A stretch of DNA of 38,026 nt, from the IMG/VR virus record IMGVR_UViG_3300029267_002855, positions 1 through 38,026 of that record, one strand, 5' to 3'. Below the pieces are notes generated by a model. The model saw only the letters and a program-made list of their open reading frames with translations, made no database searches and was not told the DNA's origin. A program made the translations under genes and the position numbers. This document shows positions 25,295-32,763 of this stretch, piece after piece. Positions within the stretch are counted from its first letter, which is position 1. Each line of letters begins with the position of its first letter. The DNA is from a virus.

Positions 25295-25460
25295 ACCTGT
25301 TTTGATATTGATGAGCGATGAATATCGCAAGATGTTGAAGGAAATTGCCACAGCTAGGTCTGAGGATTTAAACTATTCCAGACGTGTTACAGCAACTGAG
25401 ATCATACTTTATGGTATACAACTCGCATACAAAAAACAATTCAAAAAGAGGCGGCCATGA
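25284..25460 (+). CDS. Ribbon-helix-helix (Arc/CopG-like) DNA-binding protein
   Basis: Start taken at MKTKPVLILMSDEYRKMLKEIA (beta strand, then helix, as in RHH N-termini). The ATG at 25284 overlaps the end of the lipoprotein gene. The stop overlaps the next start (ATGA at 25457). Confidence 0.55.
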   Translation: MKTKPVLILMSDEYRKMLKEIATARSEDLNYSRRVTATEIILYGIQLAYKKQFKKRRP

Positions 25461-25825
25461 AGAAGATAAAAAAAACAATTGCTTTAAGCAAAGATAACTA
25501 CGATCTCCTTATAGATATTCGTAAAAAATATGCGGCAGGTCATGCACCTGAAGCAGACATAAAGCAAACATTATCACAGGTTGATAAGACAATGCCTACG
25601 ATATCAGGCATTTTTGAACGAGCATTGAATCTTTTTTATACTATGGCTATGAAGCCAGGTACTATTTACTTCATGAACATCAATGAGGAACCTATAACAA
25701 AGATGCAAACAATATACCTGACACCAATAGCTAACAAAAAATATAATGAAATACTAATAAGATTTGACTGTAAACCAGTAGACTTAGTTAACGATCTTAT
25801 AAACTTTATTTATGCACAAAAATAA
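25457..25825 (+). CDS. Protein with two RHH-like segments (possible tandem-RHH regulator)
   Basis: KKTIALSKDNYDLLIDIRKKY lies at the N-terminus and QTIYLTPIANKKYNEILIRF..VDLVNDLINFIY near the C-terminus. 122 aa, translationally coupled to the upstream RHH gene. Confidence 0.45.
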   Translation: MKKIKKTIALSKDNYDLLIDIRKKYAAGHAPEADIKQTLSQVDKTMPTISGIFERALNLFYTMAMKPGTIYFMNINEEPITKMQTIYLTPIANKKYNEILIRFDCKPVDLVNDLINFIYAQK

Positions 25826-25872
25826 TATCCTTATACGGTTTATAAATATTATGTGATGTAGTGCATAAAACG

Positions 25873-25900
25873 ACAGGGTGTACTAATACACCCTGTTTTT
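25873..25900 (+). terminator. Rho-independent terminator closing the plus-strand island
   Basis: ACAGGGTGTA-ctaa-TACACCCTGT, whose 3' end runs into a five-T tract. Confidence 0.75.
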
Positions 25901-25996
25901 ACGTCTCTTCTTCTTACCACGTTTATCTTTTGTAAATGGACGCTTTAATGCCTCATGCATCTCTTGCGCTTCCTTAGTTCGAATACACGTTGGCAT
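25883..25996 (-). CDS. Tiny, highly basic protein (37 aa)
   Basis: Not in the ORF track (below its length cutoff). Hand translation: MPTCIRTKEAQEMHEALKRPFTKDKRGKKKRRKNRVY. The RBS GGAG, then 5 nt, then ATG, overlaps the stop of the upstream small gene. Confidence 0.5.
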   Translation of the reverse strand: MPTCIRTKEAQEMHEALKRPFTKDKRGKKKRRKNRVY

Positions 25997-26004
25997 AACA
26001 ACTC

Positions 26005-26181
26005 CTATGCTTTGTCGTTGTTCATAGGAAGTACAGCTGATTGATAGTTTTGAGGAACTTTACCTTTGGTTGCATTTATAAGGTTCCAAAACTTTTTGGA
26101 ATCCATACCATTGGTACAGTCTTGATACAAACCCTTTTTGCCGGACTTTGGTCTGTAGGACATTTTTTTGGACTTTGCCAT
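26005..26181 (-). CDS. Small basic protein (58 aa)
   Basis: Hand translation: MAKSKKMSYRPKSGKKGLYQDCTNGMDSKKFWNLINATKGKVPQNYQSAVLPMNNDKA. RBS AGGAG, then 7 nt, then ATG. It lies downstream of the portal. Confidence 0.55.
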   Translation of the reverse strand: MAKSKKMSYRPKSGKKGLYQDCTNGMDSKKFWNLINATKGKVPQNYQSAVLPMNNDKA

Positions 26182-26285
26182 GATTATTACTCCTAAAATA
26201 AAAATATTAATATTTCATCTTCTCCATTATATAACGGGATAACTAGAATTAGCTACCCCGTTTAAATAAAAGGAGAACACAGTGA

Positions 26286-28433
26286 TTAAATCAATCCTGG
26301 AGGCATTCCTCCACCCATCTGTCCCGGATCAGGTTCCTGCATTGGTGGCTGCCCTTGCATCTGTGTAGGGTCTTGCATTTGTGCTGGATCCTGCATTTGT
26401 GGTCCCAGATCTTGTGGTGGCAAGTCAGCTTGATTAGCAACGTTGTCCATCTCAGTACTCTGAATCGCCATATCTCTATTTTGTTGTATCATATTCAACA
26501 ATTCAAGTAATTCATCAATACGATTTGGATCAGCTTGCTCTAGCTCTTTAAGTGTTTTTATTGTTTCAGTATTGGTTTTTTGTTCCTCTCTTGAAGATTC
26601 AGCACTCTTATACAGCATGTTGAACTTATCAAGTTTGATTTCACTAGCACGTTTTTTAGCTAGAGATGAATCAGATTCAGCACGAGCATTAATCATATTT
26701 GTGGTTGCTTGTTGTTCCATGAGATCTGACTTAAGTCGCATTTGTTCCATCTCATCAGTTTTTTTATTTTGCTGCTCAATAGCCTGTACCAAGTTCTTTT
26801 TGTTCTGTAATGGAGCTGCTTCTATGATCACGCTATCAGGAATCTGAATACCCTCTTTACGTAGATTAAGTAATTGACCGAACTCGTTTTGTCTTTGATT
26901 AATCGTGTCAAATCCTTCAGAGATAACAATGTCAAACTTGGAAAACAACTTAGTATAAAACTGTGCATGTGGCTCTTCATTGATGATACGTTTAACCTTG
27001 CTGGGAGCATAATTTTTTTGTATAAGCTGAACTATGGAAGTACCTAAAAGCTCCATCGAGCCTTCAAGGTTGTCGTATAATGTTTGCAGAGTGGTTACCC
27101 CTTGAGCCTGTCTCATCCTCGCTCTCATACCAGATATATCGTCATCAGCGAAGCCCAATAATTCCTCATTAACACCAGATATTTGTTGAATTTCATCAGC
27201 AAGCATCTGTGATAATTGTGTAAACGATTGTGGAATATCTATTGGAGGTATCGGTGCAATATCTGCAAGCTCATAACCTCTCTTAACAATTATAGGTCTA
27301 CCATCTCCAGCCCTTATGATTGAGTCTGGATCTTTTAATGCGCCCTCTTTAGCAATAAAGCCAGAGTTAGTTCTGGATTCTGCTAAATTGTATTCAATTA
27401 CTTTCCGACGATTATATAGATATTGTACGTCTCTTAAACCACGCACAACACCTTGAATCTTTAAGGAAAAATCTGCAACATCTGGATGGAAATATCCAAA
27501 CACTGGTATGAATGGATAACTATCTAGTCCTAGGGGATTCACATCGTCGTACATAACTTTGCCGTTAACTAATAAGGCAAGCTTAACCGTAGGTACCATG
27601 GTTTCCAGCACCTTGATCTCTGGTGCAAACTTTAAAAACTGCTCCAGTGCATCATCATCACCATCCCACTCAATTACCTCATTTGTGTTGGGATCGACTA
27701 ACTGCTTTTGCTTACGATAGTCACGATAATAAAACTCATCATACGCCATCAAATTTTGACTAGCGGTAACGCTTTCAGGCATATAATTGAACTTTCCATC
27801 CCCCCTAAAGGTTTCCATCTCCTCAATCTCTCTACGCTTATTTGGTATCAGTGAAGCACATGCATCTCTTGGCATGTATGATCTTTTCCATATAGCGTTA
27901 CAGTCAGATAGATCTTTTTCCCTAAAGTACGGATCAATGATAATACTACTATGGCCACAATTGCTTAATTTAATATCTCCTGAAATTGGATCATTCCTAT
28001 AATCAACATAAAGTTGAATGAAGTTAATTCCAGATATAATCGCACCTTCAAATGCATCTGATATAATCGTTGATGCTCTTGATGTTTTAAATACAGATGC
28101 TAACAGCTTACTTGTTTGATCAGCTGCATCTTGATCACTGCCCTCTTGAGGTGAGGCCAATAACGCTCTACGCTCACGTCGCTGAAACCCAGAGATTAAA
28201 TTAATATTACGTTTTATCCTATTGCAGGTAAAACTTTGCCTTGTTTTTAACGGCACATTGTATAATTCAGACCATAAAGTTTGATCACCAGCATTAAAAC
28301 GAACGTCAATAGCTGCTTCGTCTTGATATTCCTGGTTCATCATTGTTACGTCAGTATGGAATTTCTCTATCCTCTGTTTTACGGCTATATCTTTTTCATC
28401 GAAATAAATACTATTTTCAGGAAATAAAGCCAT
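26286..28433 (-). CDS. Portal protein (P22 gp1-like)
   Basis: 715 aa, downstream of terL. The N-terminal third is collinear by eye with P22-type portals (..RIKRNINLISGFQRRERRALLASPQEGSDQDAADQTSKLL..). It has a long helical, Q-rich C-terminal extension like the P22 barrel. Confidence 0.8.
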   Translation of the reverse strand: MALFPENSIYFDEKDIAVKQRIEKFHTDVTMMNQEYQDEAAIDVRFNAGDQTLWSELYNVPLKTRQSFTCNRIKRNINLISGFQRRERRALLASPQEGSDQDAADQTSKLLASVFKTSRASTIISDAFEGAIISGINFIQLYVDYRNDPISGDIKLSNCGHSSIIIDPYFREKDLSDCNAIWKRSYMPRDACASLIPNKRREIEEMETFRGDGKFNYMPESVTASQNLMAYDEFYYRDYRKQKQLVDPNTNEVIEWDGDDDALEQFLKFAPEIKVLETMVPTVKLALLVNGKVMYDDVNPLGLDSYPFIPVFGYFHPDVADFSLKIQGVVRGLRDVQYLYNRRKVIEYNLAESRTNSGFIAKEGALKDPDSIIRAGDGRPIIVKRGYELADIAPIPPIDIPQSFTQLSQMLADEIQQISGVNEELLGFADDDISGMRARMRQAQGVTTLQTLYDNLEGSMELLGTSIVQLIQKNYAPSKVKRIINEEPHAQFYTKLFSKFDIVISEGFDTINQRQNEFGQLLNLRKEGIQIPDSVIIEAAPLQNKKNLVQAIEQQNKKTDEMEQMRLKSDLMEQQATTNMINARAESDSSLAKKRASEIKLDKFNMLYKSAESSREEQKTNTETIKTLKELEQADPNRIDELLELLNMIQQNRDMAIQSTEMDNVANQADLPPQDLGPQMQDPAQMQDPTQMQGQPPMQEPDPGQMGGGMPPGLI

Positions 28434-28514
28434 GAAACTACTCCTATTATTATGGACATACTTTACAAACCCATTATAATGACAAACCAGGAAAAACTTT
28501 AAGCTTTAATATTA

Positions 28515-29039
28515 TTATTCAAAATTCCATTTGTTAATCTCATATAAATCATCCTGGTTCCAATGGATCATTGAGGTTAATTCAGTATCCTTACTATCAA
28601 ATATACGATGTTTTAATCTTTGTAGTGTATCAATACTTGCACAAAACTTACCACTTGGCGATGCAAGGCCAGTCCGATCCTCAATACCGCCGTCGACTGT
28701 CCATACAATACCTAGCTTAATCTTTGATGCATCATTTAATTTCACATATTTATAATATTGGTCAAGATTTAAACTAAGGTTCCAAATATTATTTATCCTA
28801 TCCCATGTACAAGTTTTTGTATGCTTAACCTCAATAAACATACACTTTCCATACTTATAGATCTGCATGTCAGGAGCTGGCATCTCTTCATCATTAATAA
28901 CAAGCTTTGGACCGCAACACCTAATGAGTCCACTCTCATCTTTTTTAAATCTCACAACAAAATAACGCTTCAAGTCAAAAAACATTGCAACATCTTTTTC
29001 AGCGGCATAACCATATACCGCCTGCTTATTAAAACTCAT
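28515..29039 (-). CDS. PD-(D/E)xK-type nuclease-fold protein
   Basis: Start moved to M40 (AGGAG, then 5 nt, then ATG at 29039), which removes the overlap with terL. The motif is ..PAPD-x13-IEVKH (D ... E-x-K). 174 aa. Confidence 0.55.
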   Translation of the reverse strand: MSFNKQAVYGYAAEKDVAMFFDLKRYFVVRFKKDESGLIRCCGPKLVINDEEMPAPDMQIYKYGKCMFIEVKHTKTCTWDRINNIWNLSLNLDQYYKYVKLNDASKIKLGIVWTVDGGIEDRTGLASPSGKFCASIDTLQRLKHRIFDSKDTELTSMIHWNQDDLYEINKWNFE

Positions 29040-29058
29040 TTGTTCTCCTTGAGTTTGA

Positions 29059-30462
29059 TTAATAATTTGGTTTATTCGGATCTTCAAACATGTGAGGTAG
29101 TCTTTTTCTGCCGTACATAACTTTTTGATATCTCTCCTCGTCCTCTCGGGTATCACCTACATCAGCTTCAATTAAATCAATCGATAAACATAGATACCTT
29201 AAGCAGTCTGCCCAATCATTGGCCCAAGTCTCACTATCTTTAGTAGCAAATACTTTGTTAATGGGATCCCACTTACGACTATAGTTTTGAAGAGCATTAA
29301 GCAGGGTTGGACATTTTTCCTCATCAATAAACAATCTATTAAATTTATGTTTGGTAACCTCAATACCTGTAGCAAGCGCTGACTTATGCAAAACATGCAT
29401 ATCAATACCAAGATTCCTAAAGATGCCAAGCCTTGATTCACCTCTAGTTTGATCATGCTTCACTGCATCATGTGGGCAAAAATGATCCCCATAAAAATAC
29501 TTATGATTAATCTCGTGTGAACGCAGCATAGCCACTAAGTCAGAGATCTGCGCATTATATGCATGGAAGGAATTAATAATAGCGATCTTGGATCCTATCA
29601 CCTGATAAAATAGGAACACACTTGGAGATCTCCAACCAAGATCACAAACAGTATAAACTTTATGCATAGGATCATGAGGTACAAAGCCAACACGTTTTTC
29701 AGCATATGCCATCTTTAAGTTATTAGCGTAGTATGTACCGAAGTTAGCAATCTCAAAGCTGCAATAATATTCCTGAAGGAACAGCTCCTCAGACATTTCA
29801 AGCTTCTCTTTTTCCAACGCTTCAGCACTAATATGCTTGGTATCTTCTACAGTTAGTAAACAAGTGAACCAATCTTTAGACTTTAATGCATTTTTGTAGA
29901 TATAGTAAAAATCATTGTAGCCTTTAGGTGTTGATATGAAAACAACCCAACCGTCATTTGCCGCTAATATAGGTCTCATCAAGCTAAATGCCATTGGATT
30001 ATTTTGTGATGCATACTCAGAGTACACAATGCCAACTGGGTTAGTTCCTAAAAGAGCCTCAATATTATCTGATCCATTAAATTGCAAGTAGCTTCCATTG
30101 ATGAACTTGATCTTCATCTGGGTATTATTAATATTTTCAATAAGGTCATCAGGAATAAACGAGAGGAACTTCTCACCTGTTATAAGTATCGAATCCCAAA
30201 TAGCCTTGCGGCACTGCGAGTATTTTGGGAAAAGATAGTAGTAAGTCCCCACACGTAAAAAAGCTTGCCGTATGATCAAATTTAGAGCTGCTACGTCCTT
30301 ACCCGCTCTACGAGGCCATATCACTACAAGGTTCCTAAATTTATCAACCTCTAACGCCTTAATTAAATCGATCTGATAAAACCGGGGCTTAAACTTATCA
30401 ACACGTACTAGTTTTGATTGTTTATCTAGTTCGTTTTTATTTATAGGCACTAGAGGTTTCAT
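29059..30462 (-). CDS. terL: Terminase large subunit
   Basis: Start moved to M20 (GGAAGG, then 5 nt, then ATG at 30462). It has a Walker-A-like WPRRAGKD and Walker-B-like GIVYSEY. RNaseH-like nuclease motifs are present: VCDLGW, FCPHDA, NDWADCLRYL. Confidence 0.9.
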   Translation of the reverse strand: MKPLVPINKNELDKQSKLVRVDKFKPRFYQIDLIKALEVDKFRNLVVIWPRRAGKDVAALNLIIRQAFLRVGTYYYLFPKYSQCRKAIWDSILITGEKFLSFIPDDLIENINNTQMKIKFINGSYLQFNGSDNIEALLGTNPVGIVYSEYASQNNPMAFSLMRPILAANDGWVVFISTPKGYNDFYYIYKNALKSKDWFTCLLTVEDTKHISAEALEKEKLEMSEELFLQEYYCSFEIANFGTYYANNLKMAYAEKRVGFVPHDPMHKVYTVCDLGWRSPSVFLFYQVIGSKIAIINSFHAYNAQISDLVAMLRSHEINHKYFYGDHFCPHDAVKHDQTRGESRLGIFRNLGIDMHVLHKSALATGIEVTKHKFNRLFIDEEKCPTLLNALQNYSRKWDPINKVFATKDSETWANDWADCLRYLCLSIDLIEADVGDTREDEERYQKVMYGRKRLPHMFEDPNKPNY

Positions 30463-30463
30463 A

Positions 30464-30694
30464 TTAACCTTCCGCTTTACAACTCTGATCGTGTATGATG
30501 TAAGACTCTGATACGACATTCACATTACATTGATCACAGTAAAAACTATATTCAATTTTACGATCCCAGTCCTCACGTGGATCAAGACGATCTAGCTCAT
30601 CAGGACTAAAGTCTTTAAGTGAAGCATCACTACACATCATCTCAGTGCTGCATCTAGGACATAACATTGTAATTACACTACCTTTAATCTTCAT
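30464..30694 (-). CDS. Zinc-ribbon protein (76 aa)
   Basis: CPRC ... CDQC pairs, with an acidic middle. Its stop lies 1 nt upstream of the terL start. Confidence 0.6.
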   Translation of the reverse strand: MKIKGSVITMLCPRCSTEMMCSDASLKDFSPDELDRLDPREDWDRKIEYSFYCDQCNVNVVSESYIIHDQSCKAEG

Positions 30695-30707
30695 CTAGAT
30701 CCTCAAC

Positions 30708-30938
30708 CTATTCATAAACTATTTCACCATCTTTACCTATAGAAACAGCACCTACAAGTGGTTTAACATCTTCACATCCTTTTGCGTTATAACACCTAAC
30801 TGATTGCTCTGCACCACAGTTAAAGCACTTATACATAGAATCAATAGTCCTAGTCATCTTAGTTTCGCTAACAATCTTTTGCCTTTGAAAAAGCACTTCA
30901 TCTTTTAAACATTTTATACATTTAAGCTTCTTTGCCAT
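30708..30938 (-). CDS. Zinc-ribbon protein (76 aa)
   Basis: Start moved to M43 (MAKKLKCIKC...), because the track ORF's N-terminal extension runs across two tRNA-type genes. It has CIKC ... CFNC pairs. Confidence 0.6.
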   Translation of the reverse strand: MAKKLKCIKCLKDEVLFQRQKIVSETKMTRTIDSMYKCFNCGAEQSVRCYNAKGCEDVKPLVGAVSIGKDGEIVYE

Positions 30939-30951
30939 CTTGCTCCTATGT

Positions 30952-31018
30952 GTCCTCAAGGGGGAATCGAACCCACCGACCCGCCGTTGCAAGCGCTCTA
31001 CCACTGAGTTATTGAGGG
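30952..31018 (-). tRNA. tRNA-like element with a truncated, non-canonical anticodon arm (possible tRNA pseudogene or decoy)
   Basis: Minus strand: CCCTCAA-TA-ACTC-AGTGGTA-GAGC-G-CTTGCAACGGCGGGTCG-GTGGG-TTCGATT-CCCCC-TTGAGGA-C. The T arm, D arm and a 6/7-bp acceptor are good. Only 18 nt are present where 23 are expected between the D and T arms, so no 5-bp stem with a 7-nt loop can form. Confidence 0.45.
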
Positions 31019-31039
31019 ACGCCGTTATCCGCTTATCTA

Positions 31040-31112
31040 TGACCCTGAGGGGAATTGAACCCACTGTTTTTGCCGTGAAAGAGCAATGTCCTCACCATTA
31101 GACGACAGGGCC
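31040..31112 (-). tRNA. tRNA-Glu (anticodon UUC)
   Basis: A 73-nt cloverleaf folded by hand. Acceptor GGCCCTG/CAGGGTC, D stem GTCT/GGAC, anticodon stem TTGCT/GGCAA, loop CTTTCAC (U33, UUC, A37), T loop TTCAATT. It resembles bacterial tRNA-Glu. No CCA is encoded. Confidence 0.88.
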
Positions 31113-31118
31113 AACATT

Positions 31119-31490
31119 TCACTCATCTTCGCAGAAATCAAACATTTCAAATTTCCTTGGTGGTATCCTGTCACTATAAACTGGATCGCTTTCATCTTTT
31201 TCAACTAAATAGCCTTCAAGCTTATATCCATGTTTATCAAGTTCCTGCAACAGGGTTGTCGCATAGTCCATCATGTTTTTAGCATATCTAAATGCTCTAC
31301 CCTCTGTTTGAACTAGCCCATGAAGACCATCAGACTCACCACTAATGCCATTAAACTTTAAAGGGAATCCTTCAAGGTCAAGGGTGATATCATAATGAAA
31401 TGGCTTGCCCTTAGTTTCCGTCATATCAGGCTTATATCTAAAGTCCTTACTTAAAAGCTTATAGATATTAAATTTATTTTTTGCTTTCAC
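31119..31490 (-). CDS. Hypothetical protein (123 aa)
   Basis: ORF overlapping the upstream gene by 17 nt. No motif recognised. It is the last gene of a membrane-protein cluster. Confidence 0.5.
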   Translation of the reverse strand: MKAKNKFNIYKLLSKDFRYKPDMTETKGKPFHYDITLDLEGFPLKFNGISGESDGLHGLVQTEGRAFRYAKNMMDYATTLLQELDKHGYKLEGYLVEKDESDPVYSDRIPPRKFEMFDFCEDE

Positions 31491-31743
31491 TTTTTACCTC
31501 TGGTGCTCTATTTTTTTTACCCTTACCAACAAACTTTTTACACCTTGCCTCCAAATCATCTATACGCTTCCTAAGCGTCTCAGTTTCATCGTAAAGCCTG
31601 GAGCGTATATCGCCGATCTTTGTCGCAAGATTATGAATTCGATCATGCGCATTGTTTTCAGTAGCTGAGTTTATTGCATATGTGAAAACAAAATTAGCTA
31701 TGATAAGCCCCATTAAAACTAACAACATATAGATAATGAACAT
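31474..31743 (-). CDS. N-terminal TM plus coiled-coil protein (i-spanin-like topology)
   Basis: MFIIYMLLVLMGLIIANFVFTY, then a helical charged region and a basic tail. 89 aa. Confidence 0.5.
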   Translation of the reverse strand: MFIIYMLLVLMGLIIANFVFTYAINSATENNAHDRIHNLATKIGDIRSRLYDETETLRKRIDDLEARCKKFVGKGKKNRAPEVKSESKK

Positions 31744-31752
31744 ATAGTTCTC

Positions 31753-31941
31753 CTATTGGTTTAAGATTGAATCAATAACTTCGTTCCAAAAAAACACTGA
31801 CATAAATATTACTGGTATACCAAAAACAATAAATCCAAGAACATGATAGCTCATACCTAAAACAGAGCCCAATATTAACAATGCAAGGAACAAACAAGCT
31901 CCCATAACACAGTTACCTAATTTTTTATTATCAAACAACAT
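31753..31941 (-). CDS. Two-TM small membrane protein (holin-like topology)
   Basis: 62 aa with two hydrophobic helices (CVMGACLFLALLILGSVLG and LGFIVFGIPVIFMSVFFW). Confidence 0.5.
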   Translation of the reverse strand: MLFDNKKLGNCVMGACLFLALLILGSVLGMSYHVLGFIVFGIPVIFMSVFFWNEVIDSILNQ

Positions 31942-31949
31942 GCTTCTCC

Positions 31950-32222
31950 TCAGTTTTCAATTTCAATAAAATACCAATCACCAGCCTCATCTTGTCCAGC
32001 AATCCAATGATGCCCATGCTTAGGCTTTGGTGGATGAAACTCCTTATCACCATCATAAGCCCTAGCTTTAAAAGATCCAGAGCTCCAGGTTTCATCAAGG
32101 TCAGGATGTGGAACAATAAACTCAAAGTCACAATCATCAGGTATCTTGATTCTCCTAGCCTCTTTGCCTTCACCTTCATATAACCATGCAAACATCTCCA
32201 TGTGTCGCTTATGTAGTTTCAT
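31950..32222 (-). CDS. Hypothetical early protein (90 aa)
   Basis: Start moved to M42 (GAGGA, then 5 nt, then ATG at 32222). The longer track ORF would overlap most of 32209..32430. Confidence 0.5.
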   Translation of the reverse strand: MKLHKRHMEMFAWLYEGEGKEARRIKIPDDCDFEFIVPHPDLDETWSSGSFKARAYDGDKEFHPPKPKHGHHWIAGQDEAGDWYFIEIEN

Positions 32223-32430
32223 TGTTTTCCTCAACTGGTCCAAGTAACTCTTCATTAACACCTGAGATCTCCTCAAAAGCCTTACGCATCTTTTCAAGTT
32301 CATCTTCAGGATTAAACCAACCATATATTGGTCCACCGTTATCATCTATATCAACACAGCCAAACATTTTTTCAGGTAGCTTCGCACCATACAATGGCTT
32401 GAATTGATTACGGAACTCGTCTTCACTCAT
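32209..32430 (-). CDS. Hypothetical acidic early protein (73 aa)
   Basis: ORF translationally coupled to its neighbours. Confidence 0.5.
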   Translation of the reverse strand: MSEDEFRNQFKPLYGAKLPEKMFGCVDIDDNGGPIYGWFNPEDELEKMRKAFEEISGVNEELLGPVEENNETT

Positions 32431-32626
32431 CTTTATCTCTAGAGTCCTTAAAGTTTACATATACATCAGGTTTGCTCGGCTTCTCTTCACCACGCATAAG
32501 CGCATCAAGCTGTGCCTTAACCAAAGCATCACACAACTTACTCGTCGTCTCGTTTAGTTTTTGCATCTCTCTACAAATACGATCGATACCAAGCTCTATA
32601 TTATAACTGTCTGATTTGTAACTCAT
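32423..32626 (-). CDS. Hypothetical early protein (67 aa)
   Basis: ORF whose ATG overlaps the stop of the upstream small gene (ATGA). Confidence 0.5.
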   Translation of the reverse strand: MSYKSDSYNIELGIDRICREMQKLNETTSKLCDALVKAQLDALMRGEEKPSKPDVYVNFKDSRDKDE

Positions 32627-32763
32627 TTTTTATCCTTACGCTTACTGATCTCCATCATCTTTTTAGCAATCTCAAAATCTTGTCGACTAGAATCCAAAGC
32701 GCCTTTAATGATAAGATGCAGGGCACATAAAATAAAAACGCATACAACTATAGCAATAATCAT
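32623..32763 (-). CDS. Small TM protein (46 aa)
   Basis: Not in the ORF track. Hand translation: MIIAIVVCVFILCALHLIIKGALDSSRQDFEIAKKMMEISKRKDKK. ATGA overlaps occur at both ends. Confidence 0.45.
   Translation of the reverse strand: MIIAIVVCVFILCALHLIIKGALDSSRQDFEIAKKMMEISKRKDKK

Noticed and set aside
30939-31064. N-terminal 42 codons of track ORF 30708..31064.
   Set aside because: This extension runs across the tRNA-like element and into tRNA-Glu. An internal Met at 30938 gives a compact zinc-ribbon protein that starts just after the tRNA-like element.
31931-32407. ORFs 31931..32191 (-), 31992..32183 (+) and 32186..32407 (+).
   Set aside because: They overlap the coupled small early genes in other frames or on the other strand, and they lack RBSs. 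They are shadow ORFs.
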